A stretch of DNA of 64,000 bases from a virus, in IMG/VR virus record IMGVR_UViG_3300025087_000053, positions 1 through 64,000 of that record. One strand, written 5' to 3'. The notes beneath the pieces are model-generated. The model did not search any database. It saw only the letters and a list, made by a program, of their open reading frames with translations, and was not told where the DNA came from. A program made the translations under genes and the position numbers. This document shows positions 17,035 to 26,480 of the stretch, one piece after another. Each line of letters begins with the position of its first letter. Within the stretch, counting starts at the first letter, position 1.

Positions 17035-17787
17035 TTATCCTTTCTTGTCCAAATTCCATTTCTTGACGACTTCTGGCATTTCTTTGTTATAGTGGTCGGG
17101 GTCGTGTTGGTAAAGAATCTTCACGACCTCAACATGGCCTTTTGCCGAAGCCCATCGGATGGCATGGTTGTCATCGGCCGTTGGATCAACCCTCTTGTCG
17201 GAAAGAAGAATCTTCACGACCTCAACATGGCCTCTTTCCGAAGCCCATAGGATGGCATAGTTGTTATCGGCCGTTGGATCAACCCTCTTGTCGGAAAGAA
17301 GAATCTTCACGACCTCAACATGGCCTTTTGCCGAAGCCCATCGGATGGCATGGTTGTCATCGGCCGTTGGATCAACCCTCTTGTCGGAAAGAAGAATCTT
17401 CACGACCTCAACATGGCCGCAACTCGAAGCATCTTGGATGGCAGCGTTGTCATCGGCCGTTAGATCAACCCCGCAATCCAAAAGAGTTCTCCACGTCGAA
17501 GCTTTCTTCAAAGACATCCGAGGACCAAGAAGAATCTTGTTTGCCTTCCACTTGCTCCCACCGGGGTCCTTATAAATCTGCAAATCCTCGTCGTTTGGAA
17601 ACGTCACCTCTCTGATCCACGGGCCGTAATTAAGGAATTCGCAGATATGCTTTTCGTCGGAGAAATATATTCCTCCGGAAGTACAGGTTCCTTGAGGATT
17701 AAAGGGCAAGACATCGACATTAAGCCCCGTCTTGTAATGCATTCTGTTGTGGCGCTCTTTTTCATTAAGAATCTTGAAGAACGGCAT
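17035..17787 (-). CDS. ankyrin-repeat protein with conserved N-terminal domain
   Basis: four 31-aa (93-bp) units GHVEVVKILLSDKRVDPTADDNxAIxWAS. Confidence 0.9.
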   Translation of the reverse strand: MPFFKILNEKERHNRMHYKTGLNVDVLPFNPQGTCTSGGIYFSDEKHICEFLNYGPWIREVTFPNDEDLQIYKDPGGSKWKANKILLGPRMSLKKASTWRTLLDCGVDLTADDNAAIQDASSCGHVEVVKILLSDKRVDPTADDNHAIRWASAKGHVEVVKILLSDKRVDPTADNNYAILWASERGHVEVVKILLSDKRVDPTADDNHAIRWASAKGHVEVVKILYQHDPDHYNKEMPEVVKKWNLDKKG

Positions 17788-17824
17788 GGTGATGTCCTTT
17801 GTTAGAAGATGGAGCCATCTTATC

Positions 17825-18034
17825 TTATTTTTGTTGTCTTGTCAAGCCCTCAACATATTTACATCCATCGGAATACCCATCGTCGTATCCATCGTCGTAT
17901 CCCGCATTCCTCGCTGAAACTTTTGCAGAGTCAATACACATTTTGCAAGGAAGAAGATAATAGCTACCCGACTCCCCGGATTCTTGGACTTCCAAAACAC
18001 TAGCACAAACTCTACAATAAAACTTTCTTTCCAT
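17825..18034 (-). CDS. small zinc-binding protein
   Basis: CRVC...CKMC; GYDDGYDDGYSDG. Confidence 0.55.
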   Translation of the reverse strand: MERKFYCRVCASVLEVQESGESGSYYLLPCKMCIDSAKVSARNAGYDDGYDDGYSDGCKYVEGLTRQQK

Positions 18035-18398
18035 CTTCTTCCTCCTCCTCAAACAAAACAAATTTAGAATGAAATATCTTGATAGTTTCTTCTGTAAAAG
18101 GAATCTTTAATCCAACCAACTTAGATTCTCCGCTAAGGGGATCTTTCTTAGTTCTTCTAAAATAATGAGCCATAACCCTATGTCCGAAAAGATATTCTTT
18201 TTTGTCTTTTATCGCAATCCTAGACTTAAACTTGTTGTTAAATTTAGGATAAAGTCTGTAATTTGTAAAGTGTCTTTCACCCTCATCTGTTGGTGTCGCC
18301 ATTCCGATCTCACAATAGCACAAAATATCTCCCAACGAGTTTATTTTATCTTGAAATTCTTCATGAAACAACACTCCAAATGGAAAAAAGTAAAACAT
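18012..18398 (-). CDS. hypothetical protein, TEETY family
   Basis: MFYFFP ... GLKIPFTEETIKIF. Confidence 0.65.
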   Translation of the reverse strand: MFYFFPFGVLFHEEFQDKINSLGDILCYCEIGMATPTDEGERHFTNYRLYPKFNNKFKSRIAIKDKKEYLFGHRVMAHYFRRTKKDPLSGESKLVGLKIPFTEETIKIFHSKFVLFEEEEEDGKKVLL

Positions 18399-18602
18399 TT
18401 AAAGCAAATCCCAAAGGTTCTTATAAAGAACATCAGAAATATTCTTTGGTAACTCTTCTTGTGTTTCAGCCAAGTGCTTTATAAACTTCAAGAACTTTTC
18501 GTCTACTTCCTTGGCGATTTGCTCTGCCTGCCTTTTCGCAAGGTGTTTAAGCCGCCTTTCATATTGCTTTTTTGATATACGGAGATTGCGTTTTCTTCTC
18601 AT
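18399..18602 (-). CDS. small basic hypothetical protein
   Basis: 67 aa, abuts the next gene. Confidence 0.5.
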   Translation of the reverse strand: MRRKRNLRISKKQYERRLKHLAKRQAEQIAKEVDEKFLKFIKHLAETQEELPKNISDVLYKNLWDLL

Positions 18603-18763
18603 AATATTTAAACCAGCCTATTCATCGCCCCGTTCCTATTGAGAAGCTTATCTCCAATAGCAACAATTAAAGGATTTGGTTCCATTACTTGACCAACACC
18701 AGAACGAAAAACTTTATCCAAAGCCGCACCTTCGTTCCCTGGTCCCATTGCCCAACAAGACAT

Positions 18764-19057
18764 AATCTTTGAGACTTAACCACGACACGAACCCGTTAGT
18801 TAACATGGGGTTAAGCCTTCTCCTTCTGTTAAAAAGAACGAATTTACAAAAAAGGAGTAAATTCCACTTCGTATGCTCTATTTATAGTATGTCGAAGTTT
18901 TATACTACGACGATAAAAAGAACCGCCGCCCTGGCGGGGATAGCCTGCTGTCAAGAAAGCTCTGGTTCTGGCCTTACGGCCAGAACGAAACTTTTTCATG
19001 GGCAGGAATCGAGCAGCCGTATTAACTAAGGAGTTCATGGTTTAAGTCTCGAAGGGG
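18764..19057 (+). mobile_element. non-autonomous TnpB derivative, copy C (promoter plus omegaRNA scaffold)
   Basis: both ends of A/B retained with ~1.1 kb of tnpB deleted; in-frame 46-aa remnant ORF 18889..19029. Confidence 0.88.
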
Positions 19058-19063
19058 AAAATA

Positions 19064-19096
19064 AAGAACCGGCCTAGATCGTGCGCCGGTTCTTTC
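19064..19096. terminator. hairpin, likely terminator
   Basis: AAAGAACCGGC...GCCGGTTCTTT inverted repeat. Confidence 0.55.
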
Positions 19097-19278
19097 TAAG
19101 TCGCCTACTTTTCAAGGCAGTTTGTTTTTTTACTAGATAAAGTTGTTTTTTTGTGAGCCCAGCGAGAGCATCACCACCTTTCCTTTTAGGATTATTTGTT
19201 CTCTCGGCCGTGATTCAAGAGAGACAACCAGAGGCCCCACCACGGGGGATTTGGTTAGTGGCCGAGAGAACAAATCTT

Positions 19279-19866
19279 TTAAGCAGTTGCCTCTGCCGAC
19301 TGCTCGTTTGCCCTCTTTTCCTTGCGAGTCTGCGTCATGTCCTTGGGAAGAAGATCGGAAAACTTCTTAATCTCCTCTGCAGCCGCAGTCTCAAGATTCA
19401 GAAGATCATCAAGGGTGTTAACCTTCTTGAGATTCTTCTTTGTAAGAACCCTCCTCATTTCTCCAAGAACTCCAGAGAAATCCGAATAGAACTTTGAAAA
19501 ACTGCCGTTTGAAAGCGAAAAACAATGCTTGTTGCTACCGATCTTGAAAACCTCACCTCCCACCGTATACTCTCGGAAGTAATCTCCCTTATCCTCGTCG
19601 GGGATGGCAATGCGCACCTCTGCGCCACTAAGGACTGCGGTCTTTCTCACGTAAACCTTCTTCTCCGACTTAAACTCGTCGGGGAGCGTGCGATACCCAG
19701 CGTCCCAATGGCTCAAGGCATCTGTATCCGTCTTGCCATACTTGCGAAAAATCTTGTACCAAACCACAGGCATACCATTCTTGGCCTTGCCTCGCCCAAA
19801 GCCCTTGGGCTTCTCCTCGGTCGTAGTGTTGTCGGTGACGGTCAGGGTGCTGTTATCGCTGTCCAT
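19279..19866 (-). CDS. hypothetical early protein
   Basis: MDSDNS start behind TTGACT-17-TAATAT (19908-19936). Confidence 0.7.
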   Translation of the reverse strand: MDSDNSTLTVTDNTTTEEKPKGFGRGKAKNGMPVVWYKIFRKYGKTDTDALSHWDAGYRTLPDEFKSEKKVYVRKTAVLSGAEVRIAIPDEDKGDYFREYTVGGEVFKIGSNKHCFSLSNGSFSKFYSDFSGVLGEMRRVLTKKNLKKVNTLDDLLNLETAAAEEIKKFSDLLPKDMTQTRKEKRANEQSAEATA

Positions 19867-19938
19867 TTTACTTCTCTCTTTCAAGTTTGTTGTCCAAGAC
19901 AAAAACTATATTATTCGATCTCTCTCTAAAAGTCAAGA

Positions 19939-20205
19939 TTAAATCATCGGAGCGCGGCCGAAATAATCGTCCTTCAAAGCTTCCATGATCTTCTTGGACA
20001 TCTTCACAGTCCATTCATTCCTGAGATCACACTGGTCCTCCATCTCAGACCAACGCTTGATGCAAGCCAGAAAAAGACCAAAGACAGACTGTTGCAGCGT
20101 CCTGTGCTGACGAGTGATTGCATCAACAAATGGCTTTTCATCATAGCAGCAGTTGTTAACAAGGCTTGCAATCTGCTCTGCCGTCTTCTCTGCGTCAAGG
20201 TTCAT
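19939..20205 (-). CDS. hypothetical protein
   Basis: 88 aa; purine-rich leader; HRTLQQS motif. Confidence 0.65.
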   Translation of the reverse strand: MNLDAEKTAEQIASLVNNCCYDEKPFVDAITRQHRTLQQSVFGLFLACIKRWSEMEDQCDLRNEWTVKMSKKIMEALKDDYFGRAPMI

Positions 20206-20239
20206 TTTTTTCTCTCTTGTTCGCCCTGTTTTAGGAATT

Positions 20240-20515
20240 CCCCTTCGAGACTTAAACCATGAACTCCTTAGTTAACAAGTTAACACGGACGCTCGATTCC
20301 TGCCCATGAGAACGTTTCGTGCTGGCCGTAAGACCAGAACCAGAGCTTTCTTGACAGAAGGCTATCCCCGCCAAGGCGGCGGTTCTTTCATAAGTCGTAG
20401 TACAAAACTTCGACACGCTATAATTATAGCACACGAAGTGAAACATGTTGACTTTTTTTGCAAATTCGTTGTTTTATTCAGCAGTTTATTAACTACAGTT
20501 CAAGTCTCAAACGCC
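20240..20515 (-). mobile_element. non-autonomous TnpB derivative, copy D
   Basis: reverse-orientation homologue of copy C with the same deletion junction; AA dinucleotide (minus strand) at both flanks. Confidence 0.88.
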
Positions 20516-20564
20516 TTGGAAATCTCAAGCTCTGGTTTTTCCACTGTATTCTCCAAGGGTTTAA

Positions 20565-21170
20565 TTAAAACCGGCAACCTGCCTTCTTCAACAGCTTCAC
20601 GACCTCAACATGGCCGTTTTCCGAAGCCCATAGGATGGCACGGTTGTCACCGGCCGTTGGATCAACCCTTTTGTCGGAAAGAAGAATCTTCACGACCTCA
20701 ACATGGCCGTTTTCCGAAGCCCATAGGATGGCACGGTTGTCACCGGCCGTTGGATCAACCCTCTTGTCGGAAAGAAGAATCTTCAAGACCTCAACATGGC
20801 CTCTTTCCGAAGCCACTCGGATGGCATAGTTGTCATCGGCCGTTGGATCAACTCCGCAATCCAAAAGAGTTCTCCACGTCGAAGCTTTCTTCAAAGACAT
20901 CCGAGGACCAAGAAGAATCTTGTTTGCCTTCCACTTGCTCCCACTTGGGTCCTTATAAATCTGCAAATCCTCGTCGTTTGGAAACGTCACCTCTCTGATC
21001 CACGGGCCGTAATTAAGGAATTCGCAGATATGCTTTTCGTCGGAGAAATATATTCCTCCGGAAGTACAGGTTCCTTGAGGATTAAAGGGCAAGACATCGA
21101 CATTAAGCCCCGTCTTGTAATGCATTCCATGGTGGCACTCGTCGTCATTAAGAATCTTGAAGAACGGCAT
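20565..21170 (-). CDS. ankyrin-repeat protein (paralogue of 17035..17787)
   Basis: near-identical N-domain and three repeats. Confidence 0.9.
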   Translation of the reverse strand: MPFFKILNDDECHHGMHYKTGLNVDVLPFNPQGTCTSGGIYFSDEKHICEFLNYGPWIREVTFPNDEDLQIYKDPSGSKWKANKILLGPRMSLKKASTWRTLLDCGVDPTADDNYAIRVASERGHVEVLKILLSDKRVDPTAGDNRAILWASENGHVEVVKILLSDKRVDPTAGDNRAILWASENGHVEVVKLLKKAGCRF

Positions 21171-21231
21171 GGGGATGTCCTTTGTTAGAAGATTGAGTTC
21201 TTACCGAGGATATCAAAAACAAAAGAAGATG

Positions 21232-21501
21232 TCAAGCGGGTTCTTTACCGCTTTCTTCTATTTTCTTTTTTGCGTCTTTCGGGCAGCAGTCTGGACAATA
21301 AAGAATCGCCTTTGGTTCCGGTTGCGAAAAAACCTCGACGTACCACTCTTTTACAGATTCTTTAGTCTTTACAAATTCTTTGTTACAAACAGAACAATGG
21401 TCGGTTTTCATCATTAAAGAAGAAGAAGCTTTAATTTCTTTTGCAATCTTCTTAACAAACTGATTAACTTTCTTTCTTCTTATCTTTCTTTCGAAGCTCA
21501 T
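21232..21501 (-). CDS. small zinc-finger protein
   Basis: CSVC...W.V...LYCPDC. Confidence 0.6.
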   Translation of the reverse strand: MSFERKIRRKKVNQFVKKIAKEIKASSSLMMKTDHCSVCNKEFVKTKESVKEWYVEVFSQPEPKAILYCPDCCPKDAKKKIEESGKEPA

Positions 21502-21707
21502 TAGTCACCATCTTTCTTTCCAATAGAAGAAGAATAAAGATCCTTACCCCAACCGCCTCCCTTTAGAACAAAGGTAGTTTTATAATTTGTTTGCTTCTCT
21601 GTTTCTTCAGAAGAACAATCGGGACATTTAATAGACCCTCGCCCTTTCGTCACAATCTCTTCAAATCTCTTCCCGCATTTCTGACAAACAAACTCGAACA
21701 AGGGCAT
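21501..21707 (-). CDS. FmdB-family zinc-ribbon protein
   Basis: MPLFEFVCQKCG...CPDCSS...FVLKGGGW; AGGAG SD. Confidence 0.75.
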   Translation of the reverse strand: MPLFEFVCQKCGKRFEEIVTKGRGSIKCPDCSSEETEKQTNYKTTFVLKGGGWGKDLYSSSIGKKDGD

Positions 21708-21742
21708 TGTACATTCTCCTGCGTGTATACGCATATATATAT

Positions 21743-22018
21743 TTATTTAATTATATCTCTCGCTTTTGGGGTAGAGCACCACATGAGGTCTCCTGGATAT
21801 GTCGAACTATGGATATAACTTACCATATCTTTTGCCCAAAGCTTCATTAAAGAGTCTATTACCATAGCGTTTGAATATCCTGACTCTTCTACAATATATT
21901 CCTGAGAAAGATAAGACCTTGCGGCACAGGTTCTTAATATATTTTTGTCTCTCTTGTCTTCTGCTCTCAACAAGGCTTTTAAAATCTTTTCTTCGTACAC
22001 TGTTAGTTTGTTTTCCAC
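21743..22018 (-). CDS. hypothetical protein, possible winged-helix
   Basis: LSQEYIVEESGYSNAMVIDSLMKL pattern. Confidence 0.45.
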   Translation of the reverse strand: MENKLTVYEEKILKALLRAEDKRDKNILRTCAARSYLSQEYIVEESGYSNAMVIDSLMKLWAKDMVSYIHSSTYPGDLMWCSTPKARDIIK

Positions 22019-22026
22019 TATTTTAA

Positions 22027-22590
22027 TTAGTCTATATAATCTAGTCCTTCACCCCAAAAGTTCGGATTTTTTCTTTCCCATACAACAAAATAACCCGAAA
22101 GAACAGAAATATTATCTCTCTTAAAGACTTTGTATGGATGTCGCGTAGCAGCACTTATAGTTCCATATTTTGGTCTTGGCTTGGATTTTTGAAACTTCTT
22201 TCTCTTAGGAATCTGATTAAGAAAATTCATGCACCCGTCCAAGAACACACTTACGTCATATTCTGCAAGATATTCTTCAAGCATTTTCTCAAGTGGATAC
22301 AAATATCCTACAATTGCATACCACTTGTTTCCTCCTTTATCGTTGGAGCGAAAATTATCAAAGCTCAGCACCGTTGCGCTATATCTTGCTTTCTTCTTTT
22401 CTTCTGAACAGCTTAAAGAAAATCCTCTTTCTGGAATCTCCAAGAAGTCGCAAGGAATCAAAAACTTATTTGTCTCTTCAAAAGAATCCTCTTCTACTTG
22501 CTCTTCTTCCGGAAGGCTTATGGAAGATTCTCCAACGCCCAACTTCTCCATCTTCTGTAAGATATCAAGTGCCGATGTCTTTTGTGTCAT
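22027..22590 (-). CDS. hypothetical protein
   Basis: 187 aa ORF. Confidence 0.65.
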   Translation of the reverse strand: MTQKTSALDILQKMEKLGVGESSISLPEEEQVEEDSFEETNKFLIPCDFLEIPERGFSLSCSEEKKKARYSATVLSFDNFRSNDKGGNKWYAIVGYLYPLEKMLEEYLAEYDVSVFLDGCMNFLNQIPKRKKFQKSKPRPKYGTISAATRHPYKVFKRDNISVLSGYFVVWERKNPNFWGEGLDYID

Positions 22591-23386
22591 ATAGATATTT
22601 CTCTTTCACAACAAATTGCTTCTTTGTCTTGGGAGAAATCACCAGATAAGGTCGACTTCCCTTCGACACAGATTGAATTGTTTGATCTTTATTATCCAAA
22701 ACGATAACATCTTCTGTTGTAATCTTGGTTTTATCCTGCGAAGCGTAATACTTTCTGTTCTTATTAAAATTGTTCGGACGATAAACCCTAACTAACTGTC
22801 CCTCTTCAAACTTCGGAGGTTCAAGATAAACTCTCCACACTCTATTAGACCACTTGTTATGACAAATGTAAAGATAGTCTGAGTAGTTTTGCGGAGGACG
22901 AATAAAATATTTATTACTCGACGCATCCCAAAGTTGTGTTTTAGAGAAAATGCTTCTAGCGTTGGGATATTGAGCGCACAAACTCCAGTTTGCAGACTTG
23001 TTGCCAGCACCCAGCGAGAAATTATAATACCCTAAACAAGCTTCCCACCGTTCCTTACATCTTTCGGTGTTTTCTTCAAACCATTTAGAAAAGCCTTTAC
23101 CGCCAAAGCAATCATATACCTTTTCTCTTGAGAACAAATCGTTTGCCATTACACTAATAAACGAAAGTTGCCCAACGGAAAGAGTTGTGATTCTCGCTTT
23201 GCTAAGCAGATCAAGATAATAGCTTTGATATTTATTTTTCCAAATCTCCCAATGAGGAGACTTGTTTCCTTTTAGGTTTTCATTTAGAGTCTTCAAATAC
23301 TTAAGGTTTTGTTTTGTTACCTCATCCAAACTAGACGGATATTCCGGCTCAATTGGCATGTTCTTAAAAAGAATCGGATTAAACAT
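22565..23386 (-). CDS. hypothetical protein
   Basis: 273 aa ORF overlapping its neighbours. Confidence 0.65.
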   Translation of the reverse strand: MFNPILFKNMPIEPEYPSSLDEVTKQNLKYLKTLNENLKGNKSPHWEIWKNKYQSYYLDLLSKARITTLSVGQLSFISVMANDLFSREKVYDCFGGKGFSKWFEENTERCKERWEACLGYYNFSLGAGNKSANWSLCAQYPNARSIFSKTQLWDASSNKYFIRPPQNYSDYLYICHNKWSNRVWRVYLEPPKFEEGQLVRVYRPNNFNKNRKYYASQDKTKITTEDVIVLDNKDQTIQSVSKGSRPYLVISPKTKKQFVVKEKYLYDTKDIGT

Positions 23387-24068
23387 GGCAACCCGCTTTC
23401 GACAACAGCTTCACAACTTCGTAGTGGCCTGCTTGCGAAGCCACTAGGAGGGCATAGTTGTTGTCGACCGTTGGATCAACCCTCTCGTCGGCAAGAAGAA
23501 TCCTCACGACCTCTGCATGTCCTTTTAACGAAGCCCATCGGATGGCACAATTGTATGAATCCGCTGGATCGACTCTCTTATCGGCAAGGAGAGCCTTCAC
23601 AACTTTACTGTGACCTTGCTTCGAAGCCCATCGGATGGCAGCGTTGCTATCGTCCGCTGGATTAGCCCTTTTGTCGGAAAGAAAAAGCTTCACAGCTTCA
23701 ACATAACCACTATACGAAACCTTTTGGAGTGCGCTGTTCGTTGGAACAACCCCGCAATCCAAAAGAGTTCTCCACGTCGACGCCTTCTTCAAAGACATCC
23801 GAGGACCAAGAAGAATCTTGTTTGCCTTCCACTTGCTCCCACCGGGGTCCTTATAAATCTGCAAATCCTTGTCGTTTGGGAACGTCACCTCTCGGATCCA
23901 CGGGCCATATCTAAGGAAATCGCAGATGTGCTTTTCGTCGGAGAAATACAAACCTCCGGGGTCACAACTTCCGCTAGGATTAAACGGCAAAATGTCGACG
24001 TTAAGACCCGTTTTATACTTCATTCCATAGTGGCGCTCGTTGTCGTGAAGAATCTTAAAGAACGGCAT
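23379..24068 (-). CDS. ankyrin-repeat protein (third paralogue, more diverged repeats)
   Basis: same MPFFKIL N-domain; AIRWASxxGH repeats. Confidence 0.88.
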   Translation of the reverse strand: MPFFKILHDNERHYGMKYKTGLNVDILPFNPSGSCDPGGLYFSDEKHICDFLRYGPWIREVTFPNDKDLQIYKDPGGSKWKANKILLGPRMSLKKASTWRTLLDCGVVPTNSALQKVSYSGYVEAVKLFLSDKRANPADDSNAAIRWASKQGHSKVVKALLADKRVDPADSYNCAIRWASLKGHAEVVRILLADERVDPTVDNNYALLVASQAGHYEVVKLLSKAGCHV

Positions 24069-24135
24069 GGCGATATCCTTTGGTAAAAGCTAAATTCTTG
24101 CCGAGGATAACAAAAACAAAAGAGGATGTCAATAG

Positions 24136-25743
24136 CTATTTTTTAACGAGAACACAACTTAGCGTAATTAACATGGAGGCGGCGCTAAGAGCGTTGAGAA
24201 GCGCAAACACTTCTACTTTCGTAGGATCAAGAATCCCGGCCCCAATCATATCAGGTACAAAACCTCTTGTCAAGAAATTATACCCTTTCCATAAACTTTT
24301 GTTTTTATTTCTTTTATTTCTCTTTAGCACCTCTGAAGAAAGAGAATCAAAGCTAACGCCAGAATTGCCACAAAGCTTTCTGAATGGAGAAGATAGGGCA
24401 TTTTTAATGATTTGAGCACCATGTTTTTGTTCCTCTGTTTTAAAATCGCACATCTTTAAAGATTCGGATTGAAGCAGCAAGGGGATGCCTCCACCAGGAA
24501 GATACCCATGTTCTAGAGAAGACTTAACCGCCTCTAAAGAGTCCTGAACTCTGTGCGTTTTTTCTATTGCTTCTGCTTCTGTATACCCTCCAACACGTAT
24601 AACCGCAGCTCCAGAAGAAAGTCTAGAAATTCTTCCTTCAAGAATCTTTTGTTTTATTTCGCTCTCTTCTCGGCGAAGCTCTTCTTTTAATTCTTCTGTC
24701 TTGGCAAGTATCTTTGCTTGCTCTCCTCCTCCACCAACGAAAGTAGAAACATTTTTATAAATCTCTACTGATTTGACTCGACCAAGATGTACCATTCTGG
24801 TTTTTTCTAAAGTCAGCATCGCACTATCATAAGGAGAAATAAACTCTGCTCCAGTGACAAGAGCCAAATCTTTAAGTATCTCTTTTCTTTCTTCACCAAA
24901 AGCGGGAGGACTTACCACCGCAATTTTCATTGTGTTGTTGATTGCGTTTAATATAACAGCCGATAAAGCCTGACCCTCCACCTCTTCCGCGATAATTACC
25001 AAAGGCTTTCCTTCTTTTGCTGCCATGGTCAGAATACCCATTATTTGCTCAACAAAAGAAACTCTCTGATCTGTTACCAACACCAATGCGTCGTTATATC
25101 TTACGGAATTTGTTCTATGGTCGTTTACAAGCGCCGAAGAAACATAGCCTGAGTTAAATCGAAATCCGTCGATATATTCAACAACGGTATCAAAAGACTT
25201 CGACATTTCAACCACAATTGAGCCATCTTTCCCTATGTTTGAAACAACATCCTCTATTAGATTCCCAATAACTTCGTCGCCATTTGCAGAAATTGTCGCA
25301 ATACTTTTAATTTGTTCTGTTGAGTCAACCTTGAGAGAACTCTTTTTCAATTCTTCTACAACTTTTTCTACAGCTTTTTCCATTCCCACTTTAAGTTCGT
25401 TGGGATTGTCGCCAAGATCAAGATATTTCAAAGAAGAGAAAAAGATATTCGCGGCCAACACAATACTTGTCGTAGTTCCATCACCTGCGTTGATGTTTGT
25501 GGAAATTGCAGCTTGCTTTAATATTTGTACTATGGCATTTATAATCGGGTCATCTGATTCAACAAACTTCGCAACAGTTACACCGTCTTTCGTTTGGACG
25601 GGCGAACCATCTCCGCTCTTTAAAAGAACCGTTTTACCAGCAGGACCCATTGTTGACGATACAGGAAAATAAATAAGTTCTATCGCCTTTAGAACTTTTT
25701 CTCTAAGCTCACGAGAATCCATTTCATGAAAATTCATTCTCAA
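24136..25743 (-). CDS. groEL: chaperonin GroEL-like
   Basis: TMGPAG, TKDGVTVAK, AGDGTTT, ATISANGD, PGGG and GILDP motifs. Confidence 0.93.
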   Translation of the reverse strand: MRMNFHEMDSRELREKVLKAIELIYFPVSSTMGPAGKTVLLKSGDGSPVQTKDGVTVAKFVESDDPIINAIVQILKQAAISTNINAGDGTTTSIVLAANIFFSSLKYLDLGDNPNELKVGMEKAVEKVVEELKKSSLKVDSTEQIKSIATISANGDEVIGNLIEDVVSNIGKDGSIVVEMSKSFDTVVEYIDGFRFNSGYVSSALVNDHRTNSVRYNDALVLVTDQRVSFVEQIMGILTMAAKEGKPLVIIAEEVEGQALSAVILNAINNTMKIAVVSPPAFGEERKEILKDLALVTGAEFISPYDSAMLTLEKTRMVHLGRVKSVEIYKNVSTFVGGGGEQAKILAKTEELKEELRREESEIKQKILEGRISRLSSGAAVIRVGGYTEAEAIEKTHRVQDSLEAVKSSLEHGYLPGGGIPLLLQSESLKMCDFKTEEQKHGAQIIKNALSSPFRKLCGNSGVSFDSLSSEVLKRNKRNKNKSLWKGYNFLTRGFVPDMIGAGILDPTKVEVFALLNALSAASMLITLSCVLVKK

Positions 25744-26480
25744 ACCTCTTTCAACAGTTGTTCAATATCTAAAGCTCCATAACAATCCTGTTTTTCTCTA
25801 TTGATATGATAATGATGAATAAACCCCTTACAAGAGTTATGGATAAATGTTGCTTTATTCCCATTCAAAGTCTGCAAAGGAAGATGAAAGAAAAGATGAA
25901 AAGCCTTCCAAAGCTCTTTTAAAGCCTCTAGTTGTATTGGATAAAATCCTAATATCTTCCCAAGTTTAACACCATTCACTCTATCCTGGGTTTCTATAAT
26001 CGGTCGTGCTCCAAATCCATTCTTCTCATACCAATCTTGGTATTTTAGTTCTACAGCGTTTGTTATTTCAACTCCAACGCTTTTTGCATTATAGGGCTTT
26101 GCGTGCTGAGCAATGTCCGCAATGTCACACATTTGATATATCGTTCCATCGTTGTCAATAGAAAAATGAACACTCAATCCTCTATGTTCCAATACAGAAT
26201 AGCAATCTCGCGAGGACAAACAAGCATCCCAATGGTTAACAAATAAATTAATCTCTCTGGTCCCCTTAACACTTACTACATTCTTATTCCTCATTCCTCC
26301 TGGCTCTGTGAAGTCGACAACAGGCCAGGCAATGGGGACTGAAGCTGTTCTCCGATAGATAAGAAAATTTTCCTCTTTTAAACTAGGCTTCTGGGGCACA
26401 TAGGTTATGCCTTTCTCCAGATTATAGTTGGAAATATTCTCTCTCGCGAGAGCTGAGAGGTCTTCTTTGGTTTTTGTCAT
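25740..26480 (-). CDS. N-acetylmuramoyl-L-alanine amidase (endolysin-like)
   Basis: HWD, SVHFSIDNDGTIYQ, AQHA, SVGVEI; native ATG abuts TnpB element B. Confidence 0.78.
   Translation of the reverse strand: MTKTKEDLSALARENISNYNLEKGITYVPQKPSLKEENFLIYRRTASVPIAWPVVDFTEPGGMRNKNVVSVKGTREINLFVNHWDACLSSRDCYSVLEHRGLSVHFSIDNDGTIYQMCDIADIAQHAKPYNAKSVGVEITNAVELKYQDWYEKNGFGARPIIETQDRVNGVKLGKILGFYPIQLEALKELWKAFHLFFHLPLQTLNGNKATFIHNSCKGFIHHYHINREKQDCYGALDIEQLLKEV

Noticed and set aside
17100-17470. Diversity-generating retroelement or CRISPR array explaining the 93-bp repeats
   Set aside because: The units are in-frame ankyrin codons without unique spacers. Some variable codons fit NNT, but synonymous adenines are invariant and no reverse transcriptase or template repeat is in the window
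20306-20998. Plus-strand repetitive ORFs (also 17142..17615 and 54087..54728)
   Set aside because: Antisense readings of the ankyrin repeats and the TnpB remnant
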